Both the position numbers and the translations under genes were made by a program. Of a stretch of 64,000 nt of DNA, positions 25,544 through 35,700 are shown piece by piece. Every line of letters begins with the position of its first letter. Position 1 is the stretch's first letter. Location: NCBI GenBank assembly GCA_964577565.1, contig CAZNZL010000001.1, forward strand, positions 206,566 through 270,565, given 5' to 3'. The notes under the pieces are model-generated. The model searched no databases. It was given only the letters and a program-made list of their open reading frames with translations, and was not told where the DNA came from. This stretch comes from an uncultured Candidatus Saccharibacteria bacterium. GTDB taxonomy: Bacteria; Patescibacteriota; Saccharimonadia; Saccharimonadales; JAGQNJ01.

Positions 25544-26329
25544 CTAGGAGGCTTTTTTGACAAGCAAGAAAATACTAGGACCAAAATATGTCTTGGCAAG
25601 CGCCAGTTGCAAGAAGGTTTCAAGCGATAACATAACACTTTGCGGTACAATTTTCTTTAAGGCGGGTGAGCGTAGGTTTGAAACCGACAAAACACGCTCT
25701 ACCTTTAAGCCGGCGTGCGCTAACTGTTTAACTACAGTGCGTGGATTATGGTTTACAAACGGAATCTCTTCACGACGGCGGTTTTTTGCGCTGCGTATGT
25801 CAACTGGTTCAAGCGGTAGTTTCTGCAATTTAAGTGCGTGCTTTAAGCGGTTTCGCCCATGCGCATAATTAGCCATTTCTAAGACAAGGTAGCCGTCATC
25901 GGCAAGAACGCGTGCCAGTTCAGCAAATTCAGTAGTAGGATCAGGCAAATGATGCATAACCCTGATCATTGTAATTAAATCTTTTGACCCATCTTTAAAC
26001 TTTAGATCATCAGCCTGCATTTGCTTCTGCTCTATATTAGAATGGTCTTTTAAGAAATTTTTGGCAATTTTAAGCTGTTGCTTGCTGGGTTCGGCTAAGG
26101 TAACTTTATCGGCGTATTGCTCAAGCAAGAGGCACAAACGTCCATAACCACCACCAATATCCACCGCCTCTCTAAAGCGCCTTCCGTTAAGCAGCCTGCG
26201 GATAGCTAGCTCTTCTGCAGCGTGTTCGTAGTCGCGCCCCTGCCAATAATCTAGATAATTATAGTTATCATTATCGTATTGATTGGCGATTTTTTTTGTC
26301 GATGTTTTATTAGTGCTTTTCTTTTTCAT
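25544..26329 (-). CDS. Class I SAM-dependent methyltransferase
   Basis: VDIGGGYGRL motif I and an acidic loop at LAEPS. 261 aa. Confidence 0.8.
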   Translation of the reverse strand: MKKKSTNKTSTKKIANQYDNDNYNYLDYWQGRDYEHAAEELAIRRLLNGRRFREAVDIGGGYGRLCLLLEQYADKVTLAEPSKQQLKIAKNFLKDHSNIEQKQMQADDLKFKDGSKDLITMIRVMHHLPDPTTEFAELARVLADDGYLVLEMANYAHGRNRLKHALKLQKLPLEPVDIRSAKNRRREEIPFVNHNPRTVVKQLAHAGLKVERVLSVSNLRSPALKKIVPQSVMLSLETFLQLALAKTYFGPSIFLLVKKAS

Positions 26330-26337
26330 ACCGAACC

Positions 26338-26346
26338 AGTATAGCA
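26338..26346 (-). promoter_or_regulatory. Extended -10 (TGcTATACT), 8 nt upstream of the methyltransferase ATG
   Basis: Reverse complement of 26330-26346 = TGCTATACTGGTTCGGT, then ATG. Confidence 0.4.
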
Positions 26347-26350
26347 GTTT

Positions 26351-27601
26351 TTAATTTGCACGCTTAATAATAGCGTTATTATTTTTGCCCCTCCGCAGAA
26401 TCACAATACGGTTTTTTAGCCAATCTTCAGCTTTAAGTGTCGTATCAAGACCTATTTGATTACCGTTCAGGTAAACACCGCCCTGTTCTAAGAATCGCCT
26501 TGCTTCGCTGTTAGAATTAGCCAAATGCGTTTCGGTCAATAGTGACACAATCTCGTCACCGGTTTTCGCACTCGCGCTTGGCAGCTCGTTTATAAGGACT
26601 TCGATGTCTGGTTCGGTAAGGTCAGCGTATGATCTACCACCGAACAATACATCGGTAACCCGCACACTCATATCAGCAGCATCGACTCCATGTACATTTT
26701 TTGTAACTTCGTAAGCTAGCTTGCGCTGGGCCTGGCGCTTCGCTCTGTTGGCGTTGAATTCTGCCATAAGTGCCATAAGAGCAGGCTTATCAATTTCGGT
26801 ATAAAGCTTCAGGTAATCCTCGACACTCTCATCATCGACATTTAACCAAAATTGATAAAACTGATAAGCCGAGGTAAGCGTAGCGTCAAGCCAGATAGCA
26901 CCCGCTTCAGTTTTGCCAAACTTCACTCCTGTTTCTTTGTTTATTATGAGCGGAAATGTCCATACATGTGCCTCTTTGCCCGTTTTTCGGCGTATAAGAT
27001 CAACCCCCGCTATACTATTACCCCACTGGTCAGCACCGGCTAATTGCAAGCTAACACCGTGATGTAAAAACAAATGCAAGAAATCGTAACCCTGTATAAG
27101 TGAGTAACTAAACTCAGCATAGCTAATGCCCGCACCGTCTTTTTTCAGTCGTGCTTGTACAAATTCTCTACCCAGCATCATACGCATTGGCACATGTTTG
27201 CCAACCTCCCTTAGAAATCTAAGATACCCCATGTCTTTAAACCAATCGTAATTATCAACAATCTTAAATTCAGTGCCATTAAATAAGGTTTTGTACTGAT
27301 TTGCGAGCGCAGCCTTGTTTTTTGCAATTTCGTCAGGCGATTTTAAGTCGCGTTCTTGTGCCTTGCCATCGGGGTCGCCAATTAATCCAGTAGCACCACC
27401 TATCAGTAAGATGGGTGTGTAGCCATGCCGTATAAAGAGTTTAACCATCATTGCTGCCGCTAAATGGCCTATGGTCATCGAAGCAGCACTCGGGTCGACT
27501 CCCCAGTAAAAAGTACGTGTCTGATGATCAAGTTCTGTAATGTCGTTGAACGTAGTTTGATTAACAAAACCACGCCAGGTGAGTTCTTCTGATAATGTCA
27601 T
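26351..27601 (-). CDS. tyrS: Tyrosine--tRNA ligase
   Basis: 416 aa with a HIGH-like TIGHL, a KMSKS-like KFGKT, and a C-terminal S4 domain. Confidence 0.93.
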   Translation of the reverse strand: MTLSEELTWRGFVNQTTFNDITELDHQTRTFYWGVDPSAASMTIGHLAAAMMVKLFIRHGYTPILLIGGATGLIGDPDGKAQERDLKSPDEIAKNKAALANQYKTLFNGTEFKIVDNYDWFKDMGYLRFLREVGKHVPMRMMLGREFVQARLKKDGAGISYAEFSYSLIQGYDFLHLFLHHGVSLQLAGADQWGNSIAGVDLIRRKTGKEAHVWTFPLIINKETGVKFGKTEAGAIWLDATLTSAYQFYQFWLNVDDESVEDYLKLYTEIDKPALMALMAEFNANRAKRQAQRKLAYEVTKNVHGVDAADMSVRVTDVLFGGRSYADLTEPDIEVLINELPSASAKTGDEIVSLLTETHLANSNSEARRFLEQGGVYLNGNQIGLDTTLKAEDWLKNRIVILRRGKNNNAIIKRAN

Positions 27602-27608
27602 ACTACCT

Positions 27609-27617
27609 ATAATGCCA
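27609..27617 (-). promoter_or_regulatory. Extended -10 (TGgCATTAT), 7 nt upstream of the tyrS ATG
   Basis: Reverse complement of 27602-27617 = TGGCATTATAGGTAGT, then ATG. No SD. Confidence 0.4.
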
Positions 27618-27689
27618 GAAGTCTGTCCAAATAACTACCGTAGCCCCACAATAAAACATAATTATTATTGTGTTTACGACAGGTATTTT

Positions 27690-27698
27690 TGTTATAAT
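27690..27698 (+). promoter_or_regulatory. Extended -10 (TGtTATAAT) for the PBP1A gene
   Basis: tttTGtTATAAT lies 29 nt upstream of the ATG at 27728. A GGAG SD is present in the leader. Confidence 0.5.
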
Positions 27699-27727
27699 AA
27701 TGTAATAGTAATGGAGCAACAATACAG

Positions 27728-30676
27728 ATGAAAACCTCTAGACGCCGTAGTCGTGTGAGTAAGAATGTATTTACGACACGCAGCGGCAAGTCAGTTAAAC
27801 TAAACCGAAGTTTATCTGAAAGAATGAAGGGACTAAAAGACAGTAAAGCGTTACGAAAAGCGGAACGCCTTAGCGGCATGCCAAAATCCCGCCTCAAACG
27901 ATTCTTTTATCGCCTCCATCCACAACGCATGGCCCAGTACTGGTTTAGCCGTGAAGGCGGCATTATGGCCCTTAAAATTACCGGCATTGGGCTTATTAGC
28001 GGCTTTCTTATTTTAGTTGGTTTGTTTGCCTTCTTTAGAAAAGACCTGCCTAACTTACGCGATATTTCTGGCAACAACATAGGTGGGAGCATCCGCTACT
28101 ATGACCGTACGGGTCAAACGCTGTTATTTGAGGATTATGACGCCGTAAAACGCATTCCTATTAAAGGTGATATGATCAGCCAAAACATGAAAGACGCTAC
28201 GATTGCTATTGAGGATAAAGACTTCTTTAAGCATGGCGGTTTTGATGTTCGAGGTATTATGCGTGCTGGATTCAACAACGCGTTTGGACGTTCGGGTGGC
28301 CAGCAGGGTGGCTCAACAATTACACAACAATTAGTTAAGTTGTCACAAGATTGGACCAAAGACCGCACCTACACCCGTAAGATTAAAGAACTTATTTTAG
28401 CAGTCGAGCTAGAACGAACTTATTCCAAAGACGAAATCTTAGCTGGTTACCTTAACACTGCACCGTACGGAGGTATTGAATACGGCGTCGAAGCCGCTGC
28501 TCAAAACTACTTTGAAAAATCAGCCAAAGACCTCACCCTTGACGAGGCAGCTATGTTTGCAGCCATTCCAAAATCGCCAAGTTTTTATTCACCCTATAGC
28601 AACGACTTTGATCGCGAAGCATTCATTGGTCGACAACATTATATTTTAGACTTAATGGCCCAGCAGGGTATGATTCGCAACGAGGAGCGTGACGCAGCTA
28701 AAAAAGTAGACACCCTAGCTAAAGTTAAGCCTCGAAAACCAAAGTATGATGGTATACAGGCACCGTGGTTTGTGTTGGCTGCCAAAGAACAACTTGAAGA
28801 CACTCGAGGACAAGATGCCGTACAGCGTAGTGGCTGGAAGGTTACCACAACACTTGATCTAAATTTGCAAAAGGCCGCCGCAGAACAGGTTCAAAAAGGC
28901 ATGACTCAAGTACGTCGCCAGGGCGGTGATGTTGCAGCTTTTGTGGCTGAAGACGTTAAAACAGGCCAGATTGTAGCTTTGGTTGGCGGTACAGACTTTT
29001 CTAACCCAGAGTTTGGCCAGAATAACTACGCACGTTTGCGCTTACCCCCTGGCTCGAGCTTTAAGCCATATGATTATGCTGCTCTCATTGAAAACACTAC
29101 TAATTCTGGTGCAGGTTCAGTCTTATACGACACACAAGGGCCCATTGAAGGTTATCCTTGTACTAACAAACAGCGTCCAAAGCAGGGCGGTAATTGTTTG
29201 TGGGATTACGATTTTCGTTACCCTGGACCATTAACATTACGTTATGCACTGGGCGGCTCACGAAACGTACCCGCGGTTAAGGCAATGTTGATTGCCGGCG
29301 TCGATAAAACCATACAAACAGCTGAAAAGCTTGGTCTCAAGAGTGGTTATAAATGTTTCTTGGACGAATCGTTCACCCAAGAACAACAATGTTACGCTTC
29401 ATCAGCTATTGGTGACGGTGCATACTTGCGAATGGATGAACATGTTCATGCCTATGCTTCACTATCACGAAATGGCCTTAACATACCACAAACCTACATT
29501 TTAAAAATTGAGGATGCAAATAATAAAGTTGTTGACGAATGGAAGCAACCTAAAGGCGAACAGGCTGTTCGTGAAGAGACCGCATATATAATCTCAGATA
29601 TTTTATCTGATCCTAAAGCCAGCTATTTCTCACGTAAGGCACATGATTATCGTGGCCACAAGTACTCACTCAAGACCGGTACCACCAACGACACCAAAGA
29701 CGGTTGGTTAATGGGTTATTCTACGCACTATGCTGCAGGCGTATGGGTTGGCTACCACACTCGCCAAAAAGAAATGACCGGATTCATGGAAAATATGACA
29801 CGCCCGATCTGGAAAGGTTGGATGGATGAAGTCCACAGTAATTTACAGCCCGAAGAACGCAAAAAGCCAAACGGCCTTCAAACAAGCCAGGCATACGTCG
29901 TTCGTACTGCTGTTGGTGGCGGCGCAGTTGTACCAAGTCCTGCCCAAGACATGTTCCCTTCATGGTACAAAAATTCTAGAAGGGCATCTAACACCAAACA
30001 AACAATCGATATTGTATCGAACAAGCTAGCAACCGACTGTACACCGCCACGTGCCCGCAAAGAGACAACAGACGCTCAAGCCGATGCCTTTTCTAGTGAT
30101 ACATTTGTCGGCACCGGCGGCGGGGGTAACAATACCTCAGCCGAAAAAGATGACGTTCACAGATGTGAAGACGCCAAGCCTAACATTACGCTAACGGTTC
30201 AGCAATCAGGCGACTCATATAATTTGATTGCCACGGTAAGTCAGGGTACGCACCCGTTGTCCAGTGACCGCTTTAAGGGTAATGTTACCTTTAGTGTTAA
30301 TGGCCAGGCGCTGCCTGGTGGTTCATATGAAGTGGGCAGCCCCAGCTCAATCGTGTATCAAAACTATAAACCGTCGGGATCGGTTACGGTAACTGCTACG
30401 GTAGTAGATAGCGTTTTGTATGACGCAACCGATAGCGCAACCGTGGGAAAGAATGGAGACATTTCTTTAATCAGCGCCACGAAGAGTGGCGGGACACTAA
30501 CCGTGGTATGGACAGGCGCAACCGGCAACGTGACGATTAGAAAAGGTAATACCATCATCCCTTGTAACGTATCGGGGTCAGGTTGTACGTCAAATACAAA
30601 TGCAGTCAGTGTTGGAGATACAATCATTGCAACTGATGGTTCAGGCAAGTCTGATTCAATAAAAGTTAAAAACTAG
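27728..30676 (+). CDS. Class A penicillin-binding protein (PBP1A type: glycosyltransferase plus transpeptidase) with a long Thr/Ser/Gly-rich beta-type C-terminal extension
   Basis: GT51 motifs EDKDFFKHGGFD, GGSTITQQL and RKIKE. Transpeptidase motifs SSFK, SRN and KTGT. N-terminal TM anchor. Confidence 0.93.
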   Translation: MKTSRRRSRVSKNVFTTRSGKSVKLNRSLSERMKGLKDSKALRKAERLSGMPKSRLKRFFYRLHPQRMAQYWFSREGGIMALKITGIGLISGFLILVGLFAFFRKDLPNLRDISGNNIGGSIRYYDRTGQTLLFEDYDAVKRIPIKGDMISQNMKDATIAIEDKDFFKHGGFDVRGIMRAGFNNAFGRSGGQQGGSTITQQLVKLSQDWTKDRTYTRKIKELILAVELERTYSKDEILAGYLNTAPYGGIEYGVEAAAQNYFEKSAKDLTLDEAAMFAAIPKSPSFYSPYSNDFDREAFIGRQHYILDLMAQQGMIRNEERDAAKKVDTLAKVKPRKPKYDGIQAPWFVLAAKEQLEDTRGQDAVQRSGWKVTTTLDLNLQKAAAEQVQKGMTQVRRQGGDVAAFVAEDVKTGQIVALVGGTDFSNPEFGQNNYARLRLPPGSSFKPYDYAALIENTTNSGAGSVLYDTQGPIEGYPCTNKQRPKQGGNCLWDYDFRYPGPLTLRYALGGSRNVPAVKAMLIAGVDKTIQTAEKLGLKSGYKCFLDESFTQEQQCYASSAIGDGAYLRMDEHVHAYASLSRNGLNIPQTYILKIEDANNKVVDEWKQPKGEQAVREETAYIISDILSDPKASYFSRKAHDYRGHKYSLKTGTTNDTKDGWLMGYSTHYAAGVWVGYHTRQKEMTGFMENMTRPIWKGWMDEVHSNLQPEERKKPNGLQTSQAYVVRTAVGGGAVVPSPAQDMFPSWYKNSRRASNTKQTIDIVSNKLATDCTPPRARKETTDAQADAFSSDTFVGTGGGGNNTSAEKDDVHRCEDAKPNITLTVQQSGDSYNLIATVSQGTHPLSSDRFKGNVTFSVNGQALPGGSYEVGSPSSIVYQNYKPSGSVTVTATVVDSVLYDATDSATVGKNGDISLISATKSGGTLTVVWTGATGNVTIRKGNTIIPCNVSGSGCTSNTNAVSVGDTIIATDGSGKSDSIKVKN

Positions 30677-32013
30677 TTTTCTAAGAAACTATTTAACGCA
30701 GCACGTATATCTTTAACTGAATGAAGCATGGCGTTTTTATCACTTGCTTTTGGGCCAATAGCAAGCTTAAAGCCCAGCTTCTTGGCTTCGGCAAGGCGTT
30801 TATCTACCATTGGTACATGTCGTACTTCACCGGCCAGGCCAACCTCACCAAATACAACCGCATTGTCTTTTAACGTAAGTCCTTTGGCAGCCGAGCCGAT
30901 TGCCATACAAACGGCCAGGTCTGCTGCAGGCTCTTGAATGCGAATGCCGCCCACAATGTTAATATAGATATCTTTGTCGGCTAACTGCAGCTTGGTACGC
31001 CGCTCCAGCATAGCGATCAAAACATTAAGGCGATTACTATCAATGCCGCTGGCAGTACGCTTGGGGTAGCCAAAGACACTACGATTTACCAGTGCCTGCA
31101 CCTCAACCAATAGCGGCCGAGAACCCTCTAGGGTAGCGAGTACGATTGACCCATCAACAACTTGCCGTTCTGCCAACAACGCCTTAGAAGGGTTATCAAG
31201 CGGCATGAGCCCATTATCCTTCATTTCAAATATGGCTGACTCGTTGGTAGAACCAAAACGATTTTTTACACTGCGCAGCACTTTAAAGCCGCCATACCGA
31301 TCACCTTCTAGCTGAAAAACGCCATCAACAATGTGCTCAAGCAGTTTTGGGCCAGCGATGTTACCCTCTTTTGTGACGTGACCGACTATTATTAAACAGG
31401 TATCAGATTGTTTAGCAGCCGACATTAACAGGTGGGTACTGCTTGTAATTTGACTCACGCTGCCCGGTGAGCTAGAAACACTCTTACATTGCAGCGTTTG
31501 TATTGAATCTACAATCGCAAGATCATAACTAGAGCTCACCATTGTGGCTGCAATGTCGTCAGCTACTGAGCTCGTAGCTAGTGACAATTCTGGCGTTGTC
31601 ACCCCTAGCCTTTTAGCTCGAAGCCCCACCTGATAGGCAGATTCTTCACCGCTAACATACATTACCTGTTTGCCGCGCGAGGCAATGGCCGATGCAACCT
31701 GCATTAAAAGCGTGCTTTTGCCAATACCAGGTTCGCCGGCAATTAATATAATTGACCCTTTAACCAGACCGCCACCTAAAATGCGATCTAATTCACCATA
31801 CCCTACTTTAATTCTTTCTTCATTTTGGCTCTGCAGGCTGGTTATTGGTCTTAGATTAAGAGATTTGCCGGGCGACGCCTTTGCATCAAACTCTTCAATA
31901 ACCTCTTCTTCTAACGTGTTCCATTCGCCACAAACATGACACCTTCCTGACCATGATGGTGATTCGGCACCACAATTACTACACACATAACGCTTTCCTT
32001 GCTTCTTAGCCAT
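30673..32013 (-). CDS. radA: DNA repair protein RadA
   Basis: N-terminal Zn finger CSNCGAESPSWSGRCHVCGEW, Walker A GEPGIGKST, KNRFG motif and a Lon-like C-terminal domain. Confidence 0.95.
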   Translation of the reverse strand: MAKKQGKRYVCSNCGAESPSWSGRCHVCGEWNTLEEEVIEEFDAKASPGKSLNLRPITSLQSQNEERIKVGYGELDRILGGGLVKGSIILIAGEPGIGKSTLLMQVASAIASRGKQVMYVSGEESAYQVGLRAKRLGVTTPELSLATSSVADDIAATMVSSSYDLAIVDSIQTLQCKSVSSSPGSVSQITSSTHLLMSAAKQSDTCLIIVGHVTKEGNIAGPKLLEHIVDGVFQLEGDRYGGFKVLRSVKNRFGSTNESAIFEMKDNGLMPLDNPSKALLAERQVVDGSIVLATLEGSRPLLVEVQALVNRSVFGYPKRTASGIDSNRLNVLIAMLERRTKLQLADKDIYINIVGGIRIQEPAADLAVCMAIGSAAKGLTLKDNAVVFGEVGLAGEVRHVPMVDKRLAEAKKLGFKLAIGPKASDKNAMLHSVKDIRAALNSFLEN

Positions 32014-32022
32014 AGATACAGT

Positions 32023-32982
32023 CTAGAACGATTGAGGACGGCTATCAATGGCTTGGGCAAGATCTTGTACTTCAATAGCTATATTGTTGCGGGCTTGAAC
32101 AATGTCGTTATAGCGGTTAATGAGCTGATCGGTTTGCCTTACCGTGTTGTTATAGCGAGCTACCTGTTCATTAAAAGCTGGCACGGCTGCGTTATAGGCT
32201 TGTACATGGCCGTTTGTCAGCAACGAATCCATGCGGTTTTTCTGAGCTTGTAGGTTTTTGTATTGAACTGACAGCTCTGTTTTACTACCGTCAATTTCAA
32301 CCTTTAATGAAGCCAGTTGGCCATCATACGCCGCAACTTGGTCTTTTCTGTTTTCAAATTCGGCTTCATAGTGCCGAGACAAATCTACTACTGCTTGACG
32401 ATTGCTAAAATACTTCTGATAGTAAACTTCTAAATCAGGCGGTAACTCTTCAACCTCTGTTGGGAGTATAGAGTGAAGTTCGTTTGGAACTATACCTGGG
32501 TTTTGCCGCTGATAGCTTGCAATGTTGCTCCGAACACGTTCGTTTGCAACCTGTTGATAGGCCTGTAGGGTTAATTGATCAATATGGTCACGCTCTTTAT
32601 TACTCAAACGATCATATGCGGCGTGAAGCATCTCGTGAGCAGCAGTCACTTCTACAACTCCCTGCAATCGAGGATCATTAATGTTGTATAGGTAAATACC
32701 GTCGTTAGGAATATAGCAGCCCAATACGATACTCGCTTCAAGCTGACATTTTTGATTAAATTCAGTCTTATTTGCAATTACCGGCTGATTAACATAAAAG
32801 AGTCTTCGACCATACTCGGTCATAGTGGTTTTATCTGCAAGCTGGACAATTGCAGCAGGCGGACTGTAATTGCGCAGTTGATACCAATCGTAAATATTTT
32901 GGCGCTGAAACCATACAATGAACAACGTAGAGAGCATAAGCAAACCAAGTACAATACTCAGCAGCTTCTTGGCAACTTTCAT
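32023..32982 (-). CDS. Membrane-anchored hypothetical protein with an HExxH motif and a coiled-coil C-terminal half (putative Zn metallopeptidase)
   Basis: N-terminal TM LLSIVLGLLMLSTLFIVWF, then AAHEMLHAAYD, and a Gln/Asn-rich heptad-like C-terminus. Confidence 0.5.
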   Translation of the reverse strand: MKVAKKLLSIVLGLLMLSTLFIVWFQRQNIYDWYQLRNYSPPAAIVQLADKTTMTEYGRRLFYVNQPVIANKTEFNQKCQLEASIVLGCYIPNDGIYLYNINDPRLQGVVEVTAAHEMLHAAYDRLSNKERDHIDQLTLQAYQQVANERVRSNIASYQRQNPGIVPNELHSILPTEVEELPPDLEVYYQKYFSNRQAVVDLSRHYEAEFENRKDQVAAYDGQLASLKVEIDGSKTELSVQYKNLQAQKNRMDSLLTNGHVQAYNAAVPAFNEQVARYNNTVRQTDQLINRYNDIVQARNNIAIEVQDLAQAIDSRPQSF

Positions 32983-32988
32983 ACTCGT

Positions 32989-32994
32989 ATTATA
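32989..32994 (-). promoter_or_regulatory. -10 box TATAAT, 6 nt upstream of the ATG at 32982 (leaderless configuration)
   Basis: Reverse complement of 32983-32994 = TATAATACGAGT, then ATG. Confidence 0.45.
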
Positions 32995-33015
32995 CCTTTT
33001 TTGCTTTGCGTATGG

Positions 33016-35493
33016 CTATTCGTTGCTCACACTGTAGGCAAGATCTTTATTTTTTGTACCTACTTCAACTACGGTACCCTTGTCGTACATACCATTAATA
33101 AGCTCAACAGCAATATGATCCTCTAATGTGTCTTGTAGTAAGCGTCGCATTGGCCGTACGCCGTTTAATGCATCGTACCCATTTTTAAGAAGGTAGTTTT
33201 TAGCTGCAGGCGTCAGTCTAACGCTGACCCCTCGCTTAGTGAGACGTTGCTTAAGCTCATCAATTTGTAAATCCAGGATTCTAAGAATGTTTTGGCGTGT
33301 CAAAGCCCGGAATACAATAATTTGATCAATTCGGTTTAATAACTCTGGGCGCATCATTTTCTTAAGCTGATCAAGTACCTTGTCTTTATTGGCATCATGT
33401 AACTTGTTAAGATCGTTAAGATCCTCTTTATCAACGGCGCTAAACCCAAGGCTTACTTCTTTTTGGAGCCGTTCCGCACCAATATTACTGGTCATAATTA
33501 CAATAGTGTTCGTAAAATCAATTTTACGGCCCTTTGCATCCGTCAGCGTACCGTCTTCAAGAATCTGCAGCAACATATTAAAGACGTCTGGGTGGGCCTT
33601 CTCAATCTCGTCAAACAACACCACACTGTACGGCTGGCGTCGTATTTTATCGGTCAGCTGGCCGCCATCATCATAACCCACATAACCAGCCGGCGCACCA
33701 ACAAGACGCGCAACATTATGATGTTCACCGAACTCACTCATATCTATTTTTACAAGTGATTCTTCAGACCCAAAAAACTCTCGTGACAATACTCGTGCCA
33801 GTTCGGTTTTACCCACCCCTGTCGGACCTAAGAAAATGAATGAACCAATCGGCCGCTTAGGACTACTAACGCCCGAACGGTTACGGCGAACAGCCCGCGC
33901 CACAGCGTGAACTGCTTCATCTTGCCCAATAACGTATTTGCCAAGATTCTTCTCTAAGTTAAGCAGGTATTTTGCCTCTGATCTGATGACTTTTTGTACG
34001 GGTACACCGGTTGTTCGCGCAACAATTTCAGCTACGTCGTCGCTTGTCATACTGATTTTTTTGGTCTCTTTTTCTGAGGCTTGTAACTTCTTTAAATCGG
34101 CATGAATCTGGCTAGCGCGTTGTTTATGCTGGGCCGCCTTTTCATAATCTTCACTATCAACGGCATCTTCAATGCGCGTATTAATGAGTTTTAGCTCATT
34201 CTTAAGTTTGCGCACTTCTGGCGGCGTGCGGCCCTTATCAATACGCAAATGAGCGGCTGTTTCGTCAAGAAGATCGATCGCCTTATCTGGCATAAATCGA
34301 TCATTAATGTAGCGGTCAGCCAAACCAACAATATCTTCTAATACTTCATCGGCCACGGTAACGCCATGAAAAGCCTCGTAATGCTTACGAAGACCTTTTA
34401 AGATTGCAACTGTCTCTGCTTTATTGGTGGGAGGTACTTGAATGGGCTGAAAACGGCGCTCTAAGGCACTATCCTTTTCGATATGCTTGGTATATTCAGC
34501 TGTAGTAGTAGCACCAATTACCTGAACTTTCCCGCGCGCTAAAGCGGGTTTAAGAATATTACCCGCATCGAGCGCTCCTTCGGCTGCGCCGGCTCCTACA
34601 ATTAAGTGCAATTCATCAATGAAGACAATGGTTTTTGTGTCGTTTTCAAGTTCGGTCATAACCTTCTTTAGACGCTCTTCAAACTCACCCCGATATTTTG
34701 TGCCTGCAATCATAGCGGTTAAGTCAAGCATAACAATACGCTTATCAAGCAGGCTGTCAGGAACATCTTCGCTGATAATACGCTGGGCTAAACCTTCAAC
34801 AATAGCAGTTTTTCCAACGCCGGGCTCGCCTATTAAGACAGGGTTATTTTTAGTACGGCGATTCAAAATGGTTACCATTCGCCTAATTTGGGCATCGCGG
34901 CCAACCACTGGATCAAGCTTAGCGTCACGTGCAGCTTGTGTTAAATCGGTACCAAAAAAATCAAGAGCCGTTTTACGACGTGGTTTTTTACGAGCAGTGC
35001 CCGAACCGTTGCTTGACCCCTCTTCGTATTGCTGACGATTAAGAAACTGCTCTAATTCGTTCATAAGGCCATCTACATTTATCTTCATATCACGCAGCAA
35101 AACAGTTGCGCGGGCATTTTTTTGGCTCAGTATGCTGTACAGAATATGCTCAGTACCACAAAATTCTTGATTATAATCTTGTGCAATATCATAGGCCATT
35201 TTAAGCGTTAATTTGGCGGTTTCACTCAAGCCCTTTGCACCCATATTAATCACCAATGTCTTTGGCGTTAAATTAAGCGCCAGGCGAGCTCGGTCAAGCG
35301 TAACGCCAGCGTCTTGAAGTAATTTTGCGCCCATTGAAGATTCTTGAGCCAACACACCCAAAAGCAGGTGCTCAGTACCAACATAGGGGCTACCAGCTGC
35401 ACGTGCAATACCATCTGCGTGGCGCAAGCTTTGAAGCCCGTTCTCTGTAAGATGATTGATAAATTCTTGAAATTCTGATGAGTTTGGTGGCAT
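33016..35493 (-). CDS. clpC: ATP-dependent Clp protease ATP-binding subunit ClpC
   Basis: 825 aa with duplicated Clp_N repeats, two AAA+ modules ([16 protein letters not shown]) and a short UVR-type linker. Confidence 0.93.
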   Translation of the reverse strand: MPPNSSEFQEFINHLTENGLQSLRHADGIARAAGSPYVGTEHLLLGVLAQESSMGAKLLQDAGVTLDRARLALNLTPKTLVINMGAKGLSETAKLTLKMAYDIAQDYNQEFCGTEHILYSILSQKNARATVLLRDMKINVDGLMNELEQFLNRQQYEEGSSNGSGTARKKPRRKTALDFFGTDLTQAARDAKLDPVVGRDAQIRRMVTILNRRTKNNPVLIGEPGVGKTAIVEGLAQRIISEDVPDSLLDKRIVMLDLTAMIAGTKYRGEFEERLKKVMTELENDTKTIVFIDELHLIVGAGAAEGALDAGNILKPALARGKVQVIGATTTAEYTKHIEKDSALERRFQPIQVPPTNKAETVAILKGLRKHYEAFHGVTVADEVLEDIVGLADRYINDRFMPDKAIDLLDETAAHLRIDKGRTPPEVRKLKNELKLINTRIEDAVDSEDYEKAAQHKQRASQIHADLKKLQASEKETKKISMTSDDVAEIVARTTGVPVQKVIRSEAKYLLNLEKNLGKYVIGQDEAVHAVARAVRRNRSGVSSPKRPIGSFIFLGPTGVGKTELARVLSREFFGSEESLVKIDMSEFGEHHNVARLVGAPAGYVGYDDGGQLTDKIRRQPYSVVLFDEIEKAHPDVFNMLLQILEDGTLTDAKGRKIDFTNTIVIMTSNIGAERLQKEVSLGFSAVDKEDLNDLNKLHDANKDKVLDQLKKMMRPELLNRIDQIIVFRALTRQNILRILDLQIDELKQRLTKRGVSVRLTPAAKNYLLKNGYDALNGVRPMRRLLQDTLEDHIAVELINGMYDKGTVVEVGTKNKDLAYSVSNE

Positions 35494-35508
35494 AAATTAT
35501 CGCTCCGC

Positions 35509-35627
35509 TTAATAAGACAAACCTAGGGGTTTTTCTCATCGCGCCAGGCAAAAAGTATGATACTGTACCCCTCAAAATTTCATTTTGTGGGGACCCCAGT
35601 TTTTGCTTGGGCTGCTCTTTTCCCTCC
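35509..35627 (-). repeat. Third copy (C) of the mini-ORF/RNA element, in the clpC 5' UTR; non-coding, with an expanded central hairpin
   Basis: The gene strand keeps GGGAAAAGAGCAGCC and GCGCGAUGAGAAAAACC-loop-GGUUUGUCU. The central hairpin is about 40 nt longer, and the A/B reading frame is broken by stops. Confidence 0.6.
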
Positions 35628-35661
35628 AAAGTGCAGGGGCGGTGGTTTCTCCGCTACTACC

Positions 35662-35691
35662 AGTATAGCGAAATTAGCACTCGTCAGTCAA
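35662..35691 (-). promoter_or_regulatory. clpC promoter (TTGACT-N18-TATACT) overlapping CIRCE
   Basis: Reverse complement = TTGACTgacgagtgctaatttcgcTATACT. Near-identical to the clpP cassette. Confidence 0.6.
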
Positions 35692-35700
35692 GAGTGCTAA
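35674..35700. promoter_or_regulatory. CIRCE operator (HrcA binding site), perfect consensus
   Basis: TTAGCACTC-gtcagtcaa-GAGTGCTAA, identical to the clpP copy. Confidence 0.85.

Noticed and set aside
27607-27897. 96-aa minus-strand ORF across the tyrS/PBP1A divergent promoter region.
   Set aside because: It overlaps the PBP1A N-terminus antisense and covers both promoters. It has no start signals.
35390-35629. 79-aa TTG-initiated ORF covering the clpC start and repeat copy C.
   Set aside because: It runs out of frame across the clpC start codon. It has a non-ATG start without an SD, and its frame differs from that of mini-ORFs A and B.
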